From an uncultured Verrucomicrobiae bacterium (lineage in GTDB: Bacteria > Verrucomicrobiota > Verrucomicrobiia > Opitutales > JABDGR01), in assembly GCA_963765205.1 (NCBI GenBank), contig CAVXVB010000005.1, positions 224,001 to 288,000 of the forward strand: a DNA stretch of 64,000 bases, read 5' to 3'. The notes below the pieces were generated by a model that worked only from the letters and a program-made list of their open reading frames with translations, had not been told where the DNA came from and made no database searches. Positions 38,122-47,951 of the stretch are shown here, one piece after another. The first letter of the stretch is position 1. Each line of letters begins with the position of its first letter. A program made the position numbers and the translations under genes.

Positions 38122-40092
38122 ATGGAGCCGCCCAACCCGCATGTGGCCACGCCCCCGCCGCGCCCGCTCATGGTGTGGGACGGCGACTGCCGTTTCTGCG
38201 GCGCGTGGGTCCGCCGCTGGAAAGGCGCCACCGGCGACGCGGTGGATTACGAACCGTATCAATCGGTCCGCGACCGTTTCCCCGAAATCAAGGCCTCCGA
38301 CTACGCGCGCGAAATCCACCTGATTTTTCCCGACGGGAGCGTCACGCGCGGGGCGGAGGCGGTGTTCGCCGCGCTCAACACGCGGTCTGGCTGCGGGCTG
38401 GGCCTGCGGCTTTACAAAAGCACTCCGGCCTTCGCCACTATTTCGGAATGGTGCTACCACCGCGTGGCGAACAACCGCACGTTGCTGTCGTTCCTGACCA
38501 AGGTTTTCTGGGGCGATCCCGGCGAGCGCAGCACGTATCGTTTCAGCGGGATGCTCTTTCTGCGGCTGCTCGGGCTGGTGTTTCTGGTGGCGTTTGTGTC
38601 GTTCTGGGGCCAGGCGGCGGGGCTGGTAGGTGACCACGGCATTATTCCGCTGAAAATGTATTTTGACTCGATCTCCAATGTGCCCGGCATCTCAAATTCC
38701 GAAAAATTCCTGGCCGCGCCCTCGCTGCTGTGGCTGTCGCCCAATAGCACGGGCCTGAACGAACTGCTGGGTGCGGGCGTGGCGTGCTCGCTCTTGATGA
38801 TGATGGGGCTGTTGCCCGGCTGGGCGTTGCTGGGTTGCGTGATTACGTATGATTCGCTGCGCGGCGGCGTGCCGATATTTTTGAATTTTCAATGGGACAT
38901 TCTCCTCGTGGAGACGGGCTTCGTCGCGCTGCTCATCGCGCCGTGGGGCTGGTGGCAGCGGCCCTGGTCGCCGCGCGAGCCGCCGCGCGCCGGGCGCTGG
39001 TCGCTGTGGTGGCTGCTGTTCAAGCTGATGTTCTTGTCTGGCCTGGTGAAGATCATCACCAACGACCAGGGCGCGGGGCCGGAGCATCCAAATCTGTTCC
39101 GGCGGTTGATTTCCGATTTCACCGGCGTGCCCATCGGGCACAACACCTGGCTCGACGGCACGGCGCTGCAATTCCATTATTTCACGCAGCCGATTCCGGC
39201 GGCGACAAGCTGGTGGTTCCACAACCGGCCCGCGTGGTTCCAAAGCACCTCGCTATGGACGTGCATGTTCATCGAGCTGGTCGTGCCCTTCGCCTTTTTC
39301 GCGCCGCGGCGGTTGCGGCACCTGGCCGCGCTCCTGCAAATATTTCTGCAAGTGATGTTCATGGTTTCAGGCAACTACGGCTTTTTCAACCTGCTCACGT
39401 TGGTGCTGTGCCTGCCGCTGATTGACGACACCTTCTGGCCGAAACGCGTGCAACGCTTCCTCGAACGCGACCCCGCACCCAAACCGTCCGCGCCGTCCCG
39501 CGCAAAAATAATTTTCCACCGGGGCGGCACGATCGTGCGCGTCACGCTCGCGGGTTTCATTTTTCTGATTGGCTTGGTTTTATTCTGGGAAACCTGGCAG
39601 CAGCGCGCGCGCGCCACGCCGGCCGAGCCGGTGACGCCCAACTTCCTCCTCTCCGCGACGAACCACCTCCAGCAACTCGGCCTCGTCAACTCTTACGGCC
39701 TCTTCCGCGTGATGACGACCGAGCGGCCGGAACTAATCCTCGAAGGCACCGACGACGGGCAGAACTGGAAGCCCTACGAATTTGTCTGGAAACCCGGCGA
39801 CCCGCTGCGCGAGCCAAGCTTCACCACGCCGCACATGCCGCGGCTCGATTGGCAAATGTGGTTCGCCGCGCTCAGCATTTACTACGACCACCAAATCCCG
39901 CCATGGCTGGAACTGTTCGCCCGGGAACTGAAGGCGGGCAACCCGGACGTGCTCGCGCTGCTCGAGAACAACCCCTTCCCCAAAACACCGCCGCAACAAA
40001 TCCGCCTGCGGGTCTATCTCTACCAATTCGCCACGCCCGAGGAACATGAGAAAACCGGCGCGTGGTGGACGCGCACGCTCCTCGGCGGTTAG
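38122..40092 (+). CDS. Lipase maturation factor family membrane protein with N-terminal DCC1-like thiol-disulfide domain
   Basis: WDGDCRFC; FLNFQWDILLVETGF, TQPIP, SGNYGFFNLLT, NSYGLFRVMT, PHMPRLDWQMWFAA. Confidence 0.88.
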   Translation: MEPPNPHVATPPPRPLMVWDGDCRFCGAWVRRWKGATGDAVDYEPYQSVRDRFPEIKASDYAREIHLIFPDGSVTRGAEAVFAALNTRSGCGLGLRLYKSTPAFATISEWCYHRVANNRTLLSFLTKVFWGDPGERSTYRFSGMLFLRLLGLVFLVAFVSFWGQAAGLVGDHGIIPLKMYFDSISNVPGISNSEKFLAAPSLLWLSPNSTGLNELLGAGVACSLLMMMGLLPGWALLGCVITYDSLRGGVPIFLNFQWDILLVETGFVALLIAPWGWWQRPWSPREPPRAGRWSLWWLLFKLMFLSGLVKIITNDQGAGPEHPNLFRRLISDFTGVPIGHNTWLDGTALQFHYFTQPIPAATSWWFHNRPAWFQSTSLWTCMFIELVVPFAFFAPRRLRHLAALLQIFLQVMFMVSGNYGFFNLLTLVLCLPLIDDTFWPKRVQRFLERDPAPKPSAPSRAKIIFHRGGTIVRVTLAGFIFLIGLVLFWETWQQRARATPAEPVTPNFLLSATNHLQQLGLVNSYGLFRVMTTERPELILEGTDDGQNWKPYEFVWKPGDPLREPSFTTPHMPRLDWQMWFAALSIYYDHQIPPWLELFARELKAGNPDVLALLENNPFPKTPPQQIRLRVYLYQFATPEEHEKTGAWWTRTLLGG

Positions 40093-41045
40093 GACTTCGC
40101 CGGCGCGAACCGCGAGCCGAGGAAACTCCCGGACAAAATCACCACGATGACCGCCAGCGACACGCCCAGTGGCACGTCGTAAATTTTCGCCAGCAGCATT
40201 TTTAGGCCGATGAAACCCAGCAGCAGCGCCAGCCCGTAGTGCAGCAGGCGGCAGTTTTCGATGGCGTGTTGGATTACGAAAAACAACGCGCGCAGGCCGA
40301 GCACGGCGAGGATGTTCGACGTGTAGGCGATGAACGGGTCGCGCGTCACCGCCAGCACCGCGGGCACGGAATCCAGCGCGAACAGCGCGTCGGCCAGCTC
40401 GACCGTCAGCAGCACTGCCAGCAGCGGCGTGATCAGCCAGCGGCCGTCGCGACGCACGATTATTTGACCGCCGGGGTTGTTCTCCGTCGCGGGCAACCAC
40501 CGCCGCAGCCTATTCCACATCCGATGGCGTGCTGGACCGAGGACTCTTTCGCGCGCCGCCCACATCCGCCACGCGGCCCAGAGCAAATACGTCCCGAAGA
40601 GATAGAAGACCCACTCGAACCGCCGCGCCAACGCGACCCCGCCCAGAATCAGCGCGCCGCGCAACATCATCGCACCCAACACCCCCCAGGACAAGACCCC
40701 GCGCTGGTGCGGCGCCGCCACATTAAAATGCCGGAACAGCAGCACGAACACGAAAACATTGTCCAGACTCAGCGCCTTTTCGAGCAGATATGCCGTGAAA
40801 AATTGCAGCCCCGCCGCGCCGCGTTCCGCCGGGGCGTAGCCGCCGACCCATCCGAACCCGATGCCAACGCCAAAGGCAACCGCCAGCAAAATCCAAAACC
40901 CGCTCCAGTCCAGCGCCGCCTTGAACGACAGCGCCCGCCCTCCGCCCCGCCAGGCCAAAACCAATTCCACCCCCAGCAGCGCAAGCACGCCGAGGTTGAA
41001 ACCCACCCACCAGCCAAGAGAAACCGGCATCACCTCACCATGCAC
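40089..41045 (-). CDS. TerC/Alx family membrane protein
   Basis: LEKALSLDNVFVF, VELADALFALDSVPAV, TSNILAVLGLRALFF. Confidence 0.92.
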   Translation of the reverse strand: MHGEVMPVSLGWWVGFNLGVLALLGVELVLAWRGGGRALSFKAALDWSGFWILLAVAFGVGIGFGWVGGYAPAERGAAGLQFFTAYLLEKALSLDNVFVFVLLFRHFNVAAPHQRGVLSWGVLGAMMLRGALILGGVALARRFEWVFYLFGTYLLWAAWRMWAARERVLGPARHRMWNRLRRWLPATENNPGGQIIVRRDGRWLITPLLAVLLTVELADALFALDSVPAVLAVTRDPFIAYTSNILAVLGLRALFFVIQHAIENCRLLHYGLALLLGFIGLKMLLAKIYDVPLGVSLAVIVVILSGSFLGSRFAPAKS

Positions 41046-41090
41046 TCACCCCCCCGCCCCGGCAAGCCACGTCACCTTATAAATTTTCCC

Positions 41091-41119
41091 TTGATTACAT
41101 GTGTCTCATGTGACACATT
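41091..41119 (+). promoter_or_regulatory. TA promoter with overlapping palindromic operator
   Basis: TTGATT-17 nt-CACATT; palindrome ATGTGTCTCATGTGACACAT at 41099-41118. Confidence 0.6.
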
Positions 41120-41125
41120 GGGTTG

Positions 41126-41371
41126 ATGACCAGCGTAACCATGCGGGAACTGCACTTGCGCACCGGCCACATCGTGCGTCAGGCGGCGCTGGGCAAAGTC
41201 GTCGTCACGGAACGCGGCGTGCCGGTGGCCGAACTCCATCCCTACGTTGCGGAAACCGCGGTGCAACGCTGGAAACGCCGGCGAATATTGCCGGAGTATG
41301 CGCGCATCATGAACCTGCCCATGGGCACCGACAGCACCGCGGGCATCTCGGCCGACCGCGACGCCCGCTGA
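41126..41371 (+). CDS. Phd/YefM-family antitoxin
   Basis: MTSVTMRELH...VVVTERGVPVAELHP. Confidence 0.85.
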   Translation: MTSVTMRELHLRTGHIVRQAALGKVVVTERGVPVAELHPYVAETAVQRWKRRRILPEYARIMNLPMGTDSTAGISADRDAR

Positions 41372-41379
41372 CCTTGCCC

Positions 41380-41817
41380 ATGCTGTATGCCGATTCATGC
41401 TACATGGTAAAACATTACTGCCTTGAGCCCGGCAGCGCGGCGGTGCGCAAATTATTTACCAGTGAGACGGTGGCGTGTCTCGCCCTCGGGAAAGTGGAAT
41501 TGATCGCCACGTTTCACCGCAAGCTGCGCGAAGGCGCCATAGACCGGATCATGCTCGCGACGTTGTTGCGGCAACTGAATTTGGACGACGCAGCCAGGTT
41601 ATGGAATTGGCTGCCCGTAACGGTGGAATTATTAGACCATGCCTCCGCCACTTTTGCCGGATTGCCGGCTAATGTTTACCTGCGCACGCTTGACTCTCTG
41701 CATCTCGCCGCCGCCCGATCCGCGGGCCTGAAGGAAATTTATTCGAATGACCGCCATCTGCTCGCCGCCGCTCCACTGTTTGGTCTCCGGGGCATGAATG
41801 TGATAACCGCGCCTTAG
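41380..41817 (+). CDS. vapC: VapC PIN-domain toxin
   Basis: [33 protein letters not shown]. Confidence 0.85.
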   Translation: MLYADSCYMVKHYCLEPGSAAVRKLFTSETVACLALGKVELIATFHRKLREGAIDRIMLATLLRQLNLDDAARLWNWLPVTVELLDHASATFAGLPANVYLRTLDSLHLAAARSAGLKEIYSNDRHLLAAAPLFGLRGMNVITAP

Positions 41818-41864
41818 CATTTTCCTCTTTAATGCCGCCCGACAGCACGGCAGACTCACCGCTT

Positions 41865-42734
41865 ATGCAACTCATTGACGGCAATGCCATCGCCGAAGAC
41901 ATCCTCGCGCAAATCGCCGCCGAGGTTGCCCGCCTGCCCGGCCGCCCGCCGACCGTGGCGTTCGTGCGCGTGGGCGAGGACCCGGCGTCGGTGTCCTACG
42001 TCGCAAAGAAACAAAAAGTCGCCACCCAGGTCGGGATGCAGAGCCGCCTCGAGCTGTTCCCGGCCACAACCACCCAAGCCGAACTGCTCGCGAAAATTGA
42101 CCTGCTCAACCGTGACCCGTTGGTGGACGGCATCCTCGTGCAGTCGCCGCTGCCCAAGTCCATGGACGAGACCGCCGTTTTCAACCACGTCCACCCGGAC
42201 AAGGACGTGGACGGTTTCCACACGCTCAACCTCGGCAAGTTGGTGCAGGAAGACCCGAGCGGCTTCGTCGCCTGCACGCCGGCGGGCATCGTCGAGCTTA
42301 TCCGCCGCGCGAGCGTGGAGACGGACGGACGGCACGTCGTGGTCGTGGGCCGCAGCCTCATCGTCGGCAAACCGGTGGGCCTGCTGCTCCTGCAAAAAGG
42401 CCTGCCCGGCAACGCCACCGTCACCTTCTGCCACTCGCGCACGCGCGATCTGCCCGCCCTCACGCGCAGCGCGGACATCCTCATCGCCGCCATTGGCCGC
42501 CCGCGCTTCATCACGGTGGACATGGTGAAAGAAGGCGCGACGGTCATTGACGTCGGCATCAACCGCGTGCCCGACCCCTCGAAAAAATCCGGCCACCGCA
42601 TTGTGGGTGACGTGGACTTCGACGCCGTGGCGCCCCACGTGGCGCGCATCACGCCCGTGCCCGGCGGCGTCGGCCCGATGACCGTCGCCATGCTCATGTG
42701 CAACACCCTGAAGGCGTGGAAAAAACGCCTTTGA
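41865..42734 (+). CDS. folD: Bifunctional methylenetetrahydrofolate dehydrogenase/cyclohydrolase
   Basis: [49 protein letters not shown]. Confidence 0.97.
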   Translation: MQLIDGNAIAEDILAQIAAEVARLPGRPPTVAFVRVGEDPASVSYVAKKQKVATQVGMQSRLELFPATTTQAELLAKIDLLNRDPLVDGILVQSPLPKSMDETAVFNHVHPDKDVDGFHTLNLGKLVQEDPSGFVACTPAGIVELIRRASVETDGRHVVVVGRSLIVGKPVGLLLLQKGLPGNATVTFCHSRTRDLPALTRSADILIAAIGRPRFITVDMVKEGATVIDVGINRVPDPSKKSGHRIVGDVDFDAVAPHVARITPVPGGVGPMTVAMLMCNTLKAWKKRL

Positions 42735-42938
42735 ACATCGAACATCCAACGCTCAACATCCAACATTGTAGGATAAGAGAGTTGAACCATGGAGAACACG
42801 GGGGACACGGAGAGGTTTTTTCTTTGGCCCTCGACTATTTCGATGTTTGTTTTCCCATCACCTCAGTCGCCTCAGTCCCTCCGTCACCTCCGTAGTTGAT
42901 TTCATTGAGCGTTCGATGTTGAATGTTCGATGTTGGAT
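42732..42938. repeat. Nested inverted-repeat element: 7-bp-unit arms outside, 9-bp-unit arms inside
   Basis: AACATCG-AACATCC-AACGCTC-AACATCC left arm; CGTTCGATGTTGAATGTTCGATGTTGGAT right arm; inner ACCATGGAG-AACACGGGG-GACACGGAG ... CTCCGTCAC-CTCCGTAGTT. Confidence 0.75.
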
Positions 42939-42946
42939 ATTTCTCC

Positions 42947-43571
42947 GTGCCTCCCACCGACACATCTGTTCCACCCATGCTCGCCAACGTCAGGCGCCTC
43001 ACGCCGGCGCGGGTCTGGCGGCGCGCGGTGGCTTTGCTACTCGACACCGTGCTGGCCGCCAGTGTGGCCGCGATCCTCATTTTCAAAATCGTCCTCCCGC
43101 AGCAAGATCCCGATTACCGGAATGTCTTGCGCGAGCAGGAGCGGTCCGCCGTCACCCAAATCAAGGAAGTGATGGCCAAAGGCCAATACGCCACCTTGAA
43201 CCTGAGTGACGAATACATCGAAATCATCGGGTACCGCCGGTGTGACGCTATTCGCGGTGCTGCTGGTGTATTTTTCCGCCAGCGAGCTGTTCTTGGGTGG
43301 GGCCTCGCTGGGCAAGCGCGTCTTCGGCCTGCGGGTGGCGCGCTGCAGCACCGGGGAACCGCCGCTGGGGATCGAGTCCCTCTCGCGCTGCTCCTTCAAG
43401 GCCGCCAGCATGGTCGGCCTGTTACCGATTCTCTTCCTGGCCAACGCCCTGCCCATGCTCTTTCGCCCCACCCGCCGCGCGGGCCACGATTACCTGGCCC
43501 GCACCATCGTCACCGGCGACCCCCCGCCCCCCCCTACCCGCCGGCGGGGCGACGAGACGGATGACGATTAA
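42947..43571 (+). CDS. RDD-family membrane protein (frameshift at ~43230)
   Basis: WRRAVALLLD; in a shifted frame GASLGKRVFGLRV...R...HDYLART. Confidence 0.8.
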
Positions 43572-43689
43572 TCGCATGGTCCGGCTTGCCCAGGAGCGGT
43601 TTTTACTTCACACTTATATTCTGCGCGGGACAAATTTGCCCGTCTCCGCGCTGCTCGGCTCCGGCCATCTTCCCCGATCCTTCCCACTC

Positions 43690-44832
43690 ATGTCGACCTC
43701 CGTCATGCCCCCTGTTTCGCTCAACCGCAAAAAGCCCGTCATCCTCGTGGTGGACGACCAGCCCATCAACATCAATTTGCTGGAGCGGAAATTGCAGCGT
43801 GAAAACATGGATGTCATCACGGCGGCCAATGGCCGGGAATGCATCGAAGCCATCAGCCGCATCACGCCCGACCTCATTTTGCTCGATGTGATGATGCCGG
43901 AAATGGACGGCATCGAAACCTGCGAACGCCTCAAGAAAAATCCCGACACCAACGCCATCCCGATCATTTTCATCACCGCCCGCTCCTCCAAGGAGGGCAA
44001 GCTCGAGGGCCTCAACGTCGGAGCGGTGGATTATATCACCAAGCCGATTGATCTCGACGAAACCATCGCGCGGGTGAAGACGCAGTTGCGCCTGCAGGAG
44101 GCGCACCGCGAAAATCTCGAACTGCAGCGCCGCCTTGGCGAATCGCGCCGCACCGCCGCCGTCGGCGCCGTCACGCAGGGCGTCGCCCATAATCTCAACA
44201 ACCTGCTTGGAGTCGCCGTCGGTTACCTCGACCTGTTGAAAACCGCCGCCGACAACCCGGAAATGGTACGCCGCAGCGTCACGCTCATAGACAGCGCGGT
44301 GGACCGCATGATTGATATCATCCGCCAGTTGAGCACCATCGCCTCCATCGAACGGCTGCCGATGCAGCCCGTTTCCGTGCAGGAACTGCTCGACTCCGCC
44401 GTGGCGCGCTTCCGCGAGGAATATAAAATCCTCAGCCCGATCATCATCCGCAATTTGACCACCAAAGGTTATATGCTGCGCACCAACCCGGAAATCCTGG
44501 AAAGCATTCTCGGCAAGCTGCTCATTAATGCTTTCGAGGCCCTGCCCAAAGGCGCCAACCCCGATGGCAAAGTGGAAATCGAGGCCCGCCTCGACCCGTC
44601 CGACGAAGAAAGCCCCCGCTTGGTCCTGCAAGTCCTCGACCGCGGCTGCGGCATTTCCCCCGAAGTGGTGGAAAACCTCTTCGATCCCTTCATCACCACC
44701 AAAACCGCCGTGGGCCGCGGCCTGGGCCTGACCATGGCCCGGCACGCCATCCGCAACCTCGGCGGCGATATCGAACTGCTCCCTCGGCCCGAAGGCGGCA
44801 CCATCGCCCGCCTGCACCACCCGGTGACGTAG
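43690..44832 (+). CDS. Hybrid response regulator-histidine kinase
   Basis: REC domain (LVVDD, LLDVMMPEMDG, YITKP), H-box AHNLNN, N box, DRGCGI, FDPFITTK, GLGL. Confidence 0.92.
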   Translation: MSTSVMPPVSLNRKKPVILVVDDQPININLLERKLQRENMDVITAANGRECIEAISRITPDLILLDVMMPEMDGIETCERLKKNPDTNAIPIIFITARSSKEGKLEGLNVGAVDYITKPIDLDETIARVKTQLRLQEAHRENLELQRRLGESRRTAAVGAVTQGVAHNLNNLLGVAVGYLDLLKTAADNPEMVRRSVTLIDSAVDRMIDIIRQLSTIASIERLPMQPVSVQELLDSAVARFREEYKILSPIIIRNLTTKGYMLRTNPEILESILGKLLINAFEALPKGANPDGKVEIEARLDPSDEESPRLVLQVLDRGCGISPEVVENLFDPFITTKTAVGRGLGLTMARHAIRNLGGDIELLPRPEGGTIARLHHPVT

Positions 44833-44870
44833 GCTCTGGTTTAAACCCATGAACTTATTCAACCAGCCTT

Positions 44871-44946
44871 CCGTAGCGCGGTGCTTTAGCCCGCGTTGTG
44901 AGTCTAACGATTGTCCCAGAGCGCGGGCTAAAGCACCGCGCTACGG
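44871..44946. repeat. GTAG-type REP doublet
   Basis: Perfect 25-bp inverted repeat CCGTAGCGCGGTGCTTTAGCCCGCG (44871-44895 / 44922-44946). Confidence 0.85.
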
Positions 44947-45057
44947 GTCCAGCCGGTTTTAAAATAACGCTTAAAGTTTGTTTTATTATTTTCACCGCGA
45001 AGGCGCGAAGAGCGCCAAGCAGGAGTTCTGTAAATTCCGTTAATTCCGTCAAAAAAA

Positions 45058-45861
45058 ATGCCCCAAGTCGCATTCATTGGCGCCGGCAAAATGGCCTCGG
45101 CCATGGTGCGCGGGCTGCTCGCCCGCCACCTTTACCTGCCCGCGCAAATCGGCTGCACCTGCGGCGCCGACCCCACCGGCCCCGCCCTCGCCGCCCAAAC
45201 CGGCATCACCTACGAGACCGACCCGGCGCGCCTTTTGCGCCCGGCCGACCTTGTCGTGCTGGCCTGCAAACCGCAGCAGCTCGCCGGCCTCGACGCCACC
45301 TATACGCCGCTGACCAACGGCAAGCTCGTGCTCTCGATTCTCGCCGGCACGCCGCTGGCCAAGCTCAGCGCGAAATTTCCTGACGCGCGCAACCTCGTCC
45401 GCGCCATGCCCAACACGCCCGGCCAAATCGGCGCGGGCATCACGGCTTGGTGCGCGCGCGCCGCGCCCACCGCCGCCGACCGCGCCGCCATTGAAGGTAT
45501 TTTGGGCAGCCTCGGCGTTGTGCTCGAATTGCCCGAAACCCAGCTTGACGCCGTCACCGCCGTGAGTGGCAGCGGCCCGGCCTACCTCTTTGAATTTGCC
45601 GCGGCCTTTCGCGCGGCCGCCGTCGCCGCCGGCCTTCCGCCCGCCACGGCGGAAAAACTCGCCTTCGCCACCATCCACGGAGCGGCCCGGCTGCTCGAAA
45701 CCTCCGGCGAAGACCCGGAGCACCTGCGCGACGCCGTCACCTCGCCGGGCGGCACCACCGCCGCCGCGCTCCAGGTTTTCCAGGACGGACATTTCCGCCA
45801 ACTGTTTGCGGCCGCCGTCGCCGCCGCCAAGCGCCGCTCGGAAGAACTGGCGAAGTTGTAA
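45058..45861 (+). CDS. proC: Pyrroline-5-carboxylate reductase
   Basis: FIGAGKMA, ACKPQ, RAMPNTP, SGSGPAY, VTSPGGTT. Confidence 0.96.
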   Translation: MPQVAFIGAGKMASAMVRGLLARHLYLPAQIGCTCGADPTGPALAAQTGITYETDPARLLRPADLVVLACKPQQLAGLDATYTPLTNGKLVLSILAGTPLAKLSAKFPDARNLVRAMPNTPGQIGAGITAWCARAAPTAADRAAIEGILGSLGVVLELPETQLDAVTAVSGSGPAYLFEFAAAFRAAAVAAGLPPATAEKLAFATIHGAARLLETSGEDPEHLRDAVTSPGGTTAAALQVFQDGHFRQLFAAAVAAAKRRSEELAKL

Positions 45862-45989
45862 GAATTTAGGATTTATGATTTAAGATTTATGAAGTAGATT
45901 CAAAATGCAGGTTTTCTAGTTTCAGTTTTTGAAATTTGAAATTTCAAAATCGATTCTAATTTCTTAAATCCTAATTCATAAATCTTAAA
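45859..45989. repeat. AT-rich inverted arms of 7-bp tandem units
   Basis: TTTAAGATTTATGAA (45879-45893) / TTCATAAATCTTAAA (45975-45989); central TTTGAAA-TTTGAAA-TTTCAAA. Confidence 0.7.
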
Positions 45990-46000
45990 GCTCCCCTCCC

Positions 46001-47065
46001 GTGCCGCGCAAATCTCCACCTTCTTTCTCCGCCGGCCGCGTCCTCGTCACCGGTGGCGCCGGCTTCATCGGCAGCGCGCTGATCTGGGCGCTGAACCAGC
46101 GCGGCGTGGACGACATTTTGGTGGCCGATTTCCTGGGCAACGACGACAAGTTCCTCAATCTCGTCCCGCTGCGCTTCGCGGATTATCTCGAAGCCGACCA
46201 CCTGCTTGCGGCGCTTGGCGGCCGGGAACCGCGCCTGCGCGGCGTGCGCTGGGTCTTTCACCTCGGCGCGTGCTCGGCCACCACCGAGCGCGACGCGCGC
46301 TACCTGCTGCAAAACAATTACGAATACACCAAGGCGCTCGCCGCCTGGTCGCTCAAAAACAAAAGCCGCTTCGTTTACGCCTCCTCGGCGGCCACTTACG
46401 GCGACGGCGCGCAGGGCATGGACGACCAGGACCCGGCGCTAGGCCGCCTGCGCCCGCTCAACCCCTACGGCTATTCCAAACACATCTTTGACCTGCACGC
46501 CCAGCGCGAAGGCTTCCTCGACCGCGTCGTCGGCCTGAAATACTTCAATGTCTTCGGCCCCAACGAAGGCCACAAAGGCGACATGCGCAGCGTCGTCCAC
46601 AAAGCCTTCCACCAAATCCAGGCGGACGGCCGCGTGCAGCTTTTCAAAAGCCGCCATCCCGATTATCCCGACGGCGGCCAGAAGCGCGATTTCCTCTACG
46701 TCAAGGACGCCGTGGCGATGACCCTCCACCTCGCCGGGACCCCGCGCGCCGGCGGATTGTTCAACATCGGCAGCGGCCTCGCGCACACCTGGCTGGAACT
46801 CGTCGCCCCGATTTTCGCCGCGCTCGGCCGCCCGCCCAAAATTGACTTCATTGACCTGCCGGAACACCTCCGCGCCAAATACCAGTATTTCACCCAGGCC
46901 CACATCGCCAAGCTGCGCGCCACTGGCTACACCGCGCCCATTACCCCCCTCGTCGCCGCCGTCACCGACTACGTGCGCAACTACTTGATCCCCGCGCGCC
47001 GGCTGGGCGATGAGCCGTCAGCAACCGCCCCGGCCCCGATCCGGCGTCCGGCTCACGCCACATAA
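46001..47065 (+). CDS. hldD: ADP-L-glycero-D-manno-heptose 6-epimerase
   Basis: VTGGAGFIGS, HLGACSATTE, YASSAATYG, LNPYGYSK, YFNVFGPNEGHKGDM, YQYFTQA. Confidence 0.93.
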   Translation: MPRKSPPSFSAGRVLVTGGAGFIGSALIWALNQRGVDDILVADFLGNDDKFLNLVPLRFADYLEADHLLAALGGREPRLRGVRWVFHLGACSATTERDARYLLQNNYEYTKALAAWSLKNKSRFVYASSAATYGDGAQGMDDQDPALGRLRPLNPYGYSKHIFDLHAQREGFLDRVVGLKYFNVFGPNEGHKGDMRSVVHKAFHQIQADGRVQLFKSRHPDYPDGGQKRDFLYVKDAVAMTLHLAGTPRAGGLFNIGSGLAHTWLELVAPIFAALGRPPKIDFIDLPEHLRAKYQYFTQAHIAKLRATGYTAPITPLVAAVTDYVRNYLIPARRLGDEPSATAPAPIRRPAHAT

Positions 47066-47266
47066 ACCGCTTCTTTTTGCCTTGCCAATGCCGCGCGTTC
47101 GTCACAGGGTTTTCCCCGGAGATTCTGGCGGAATTATCCCCAGAACTCTGACCTCCCTCGTAAAAAGCGTGATATAATTGGGTAAAGCGAGCAATAATGG
47201 CCCTGGGTCTCACCCCTAGTCTTGCTTTCATCCAAAGATTCCTTATATTGCCGAAACAAAACTTTC

Positions 47267-47929
47267 ATGAAACGTGTTGTTCTCGTTGAAGACCAGGTAG
47301 CCGTCCGCGAGCTCCTCGCCACGGTGCTGCGCATGGACGACCAGTTTGAAATCGTCGCCGAATGTGGCGACGGGCAGACCGCCTGCTCCACCTGCCTTGA
47401 GCTCAAGCCCGATCTCGTCATCCTCGACGTGATGTTGCCCGGCCTCAACGGCGTGGACGTGCTCAAGCGCTTTTCTCGCCACCTCAAGAACACCCGCGTG
47501 CTGGTCTTTTCCGGGTTCCAGAATCCGACCCTCGTGCGCGAGTTGCTCCAGGCCGGCGCCCACGGCTTTGTCGAAAAATCCGCGCGCCTGGCCGAACTGC
47601 GCAAAGGCATCCAGACCGTCGCCGACGGCGGCACCTATTTCGGGCCGTTCATCGCCAGCCTCCTGCGCGAAGCCGTCGTCAACCCGCGCCAGTCCAACCG
47701 CCAGGACCTCGAATCCCTCACCGCGCGCGAACGCGAAATTTTGCAGCTCATCGCCGAAAGCTTCAGCACGAAGGAAATCGCCGCCAAACTCGAAGTCAGC
47801 GTCAAGACCGCCGAAAATCACCGCACGAACCTGATGAAAAAGCTCAACCTGCACGACGTGGCCAGCCTGACGCGCTTCGCCATCGAGCACGGCATGACCA
47901 GCGCCAATGTTTTGCCCACGGTAACGTAA
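47267..47929 (+). CDS. NarL/LuxR-family response regulator
   Basis: REC domain plus LTAREREIL...[16 protein letters not shown]. Confidence 0.93.
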   Translation: MKRVVLVEDQVAVRELLATVLRMDDQFEIVAECGDGQTACSTCLELKPDLVILDVMLPGLNGVDVLKRFSRHLKNTRVLVFSGFQNPTLVRELLQAGAHGFVEKSARLAELRKGIQTVADGGTYFGPFIASLLREAVVNPRQSNRQDLESLTAREREILQLIAESFSTKEIAAKLEVSVKTAENHRTNLMKKLNLHDVASLTRFAIEHGMTSANVLPTVT

Positions 47930-47951
47930 GACATTTAGATTTTTTGCTTCC

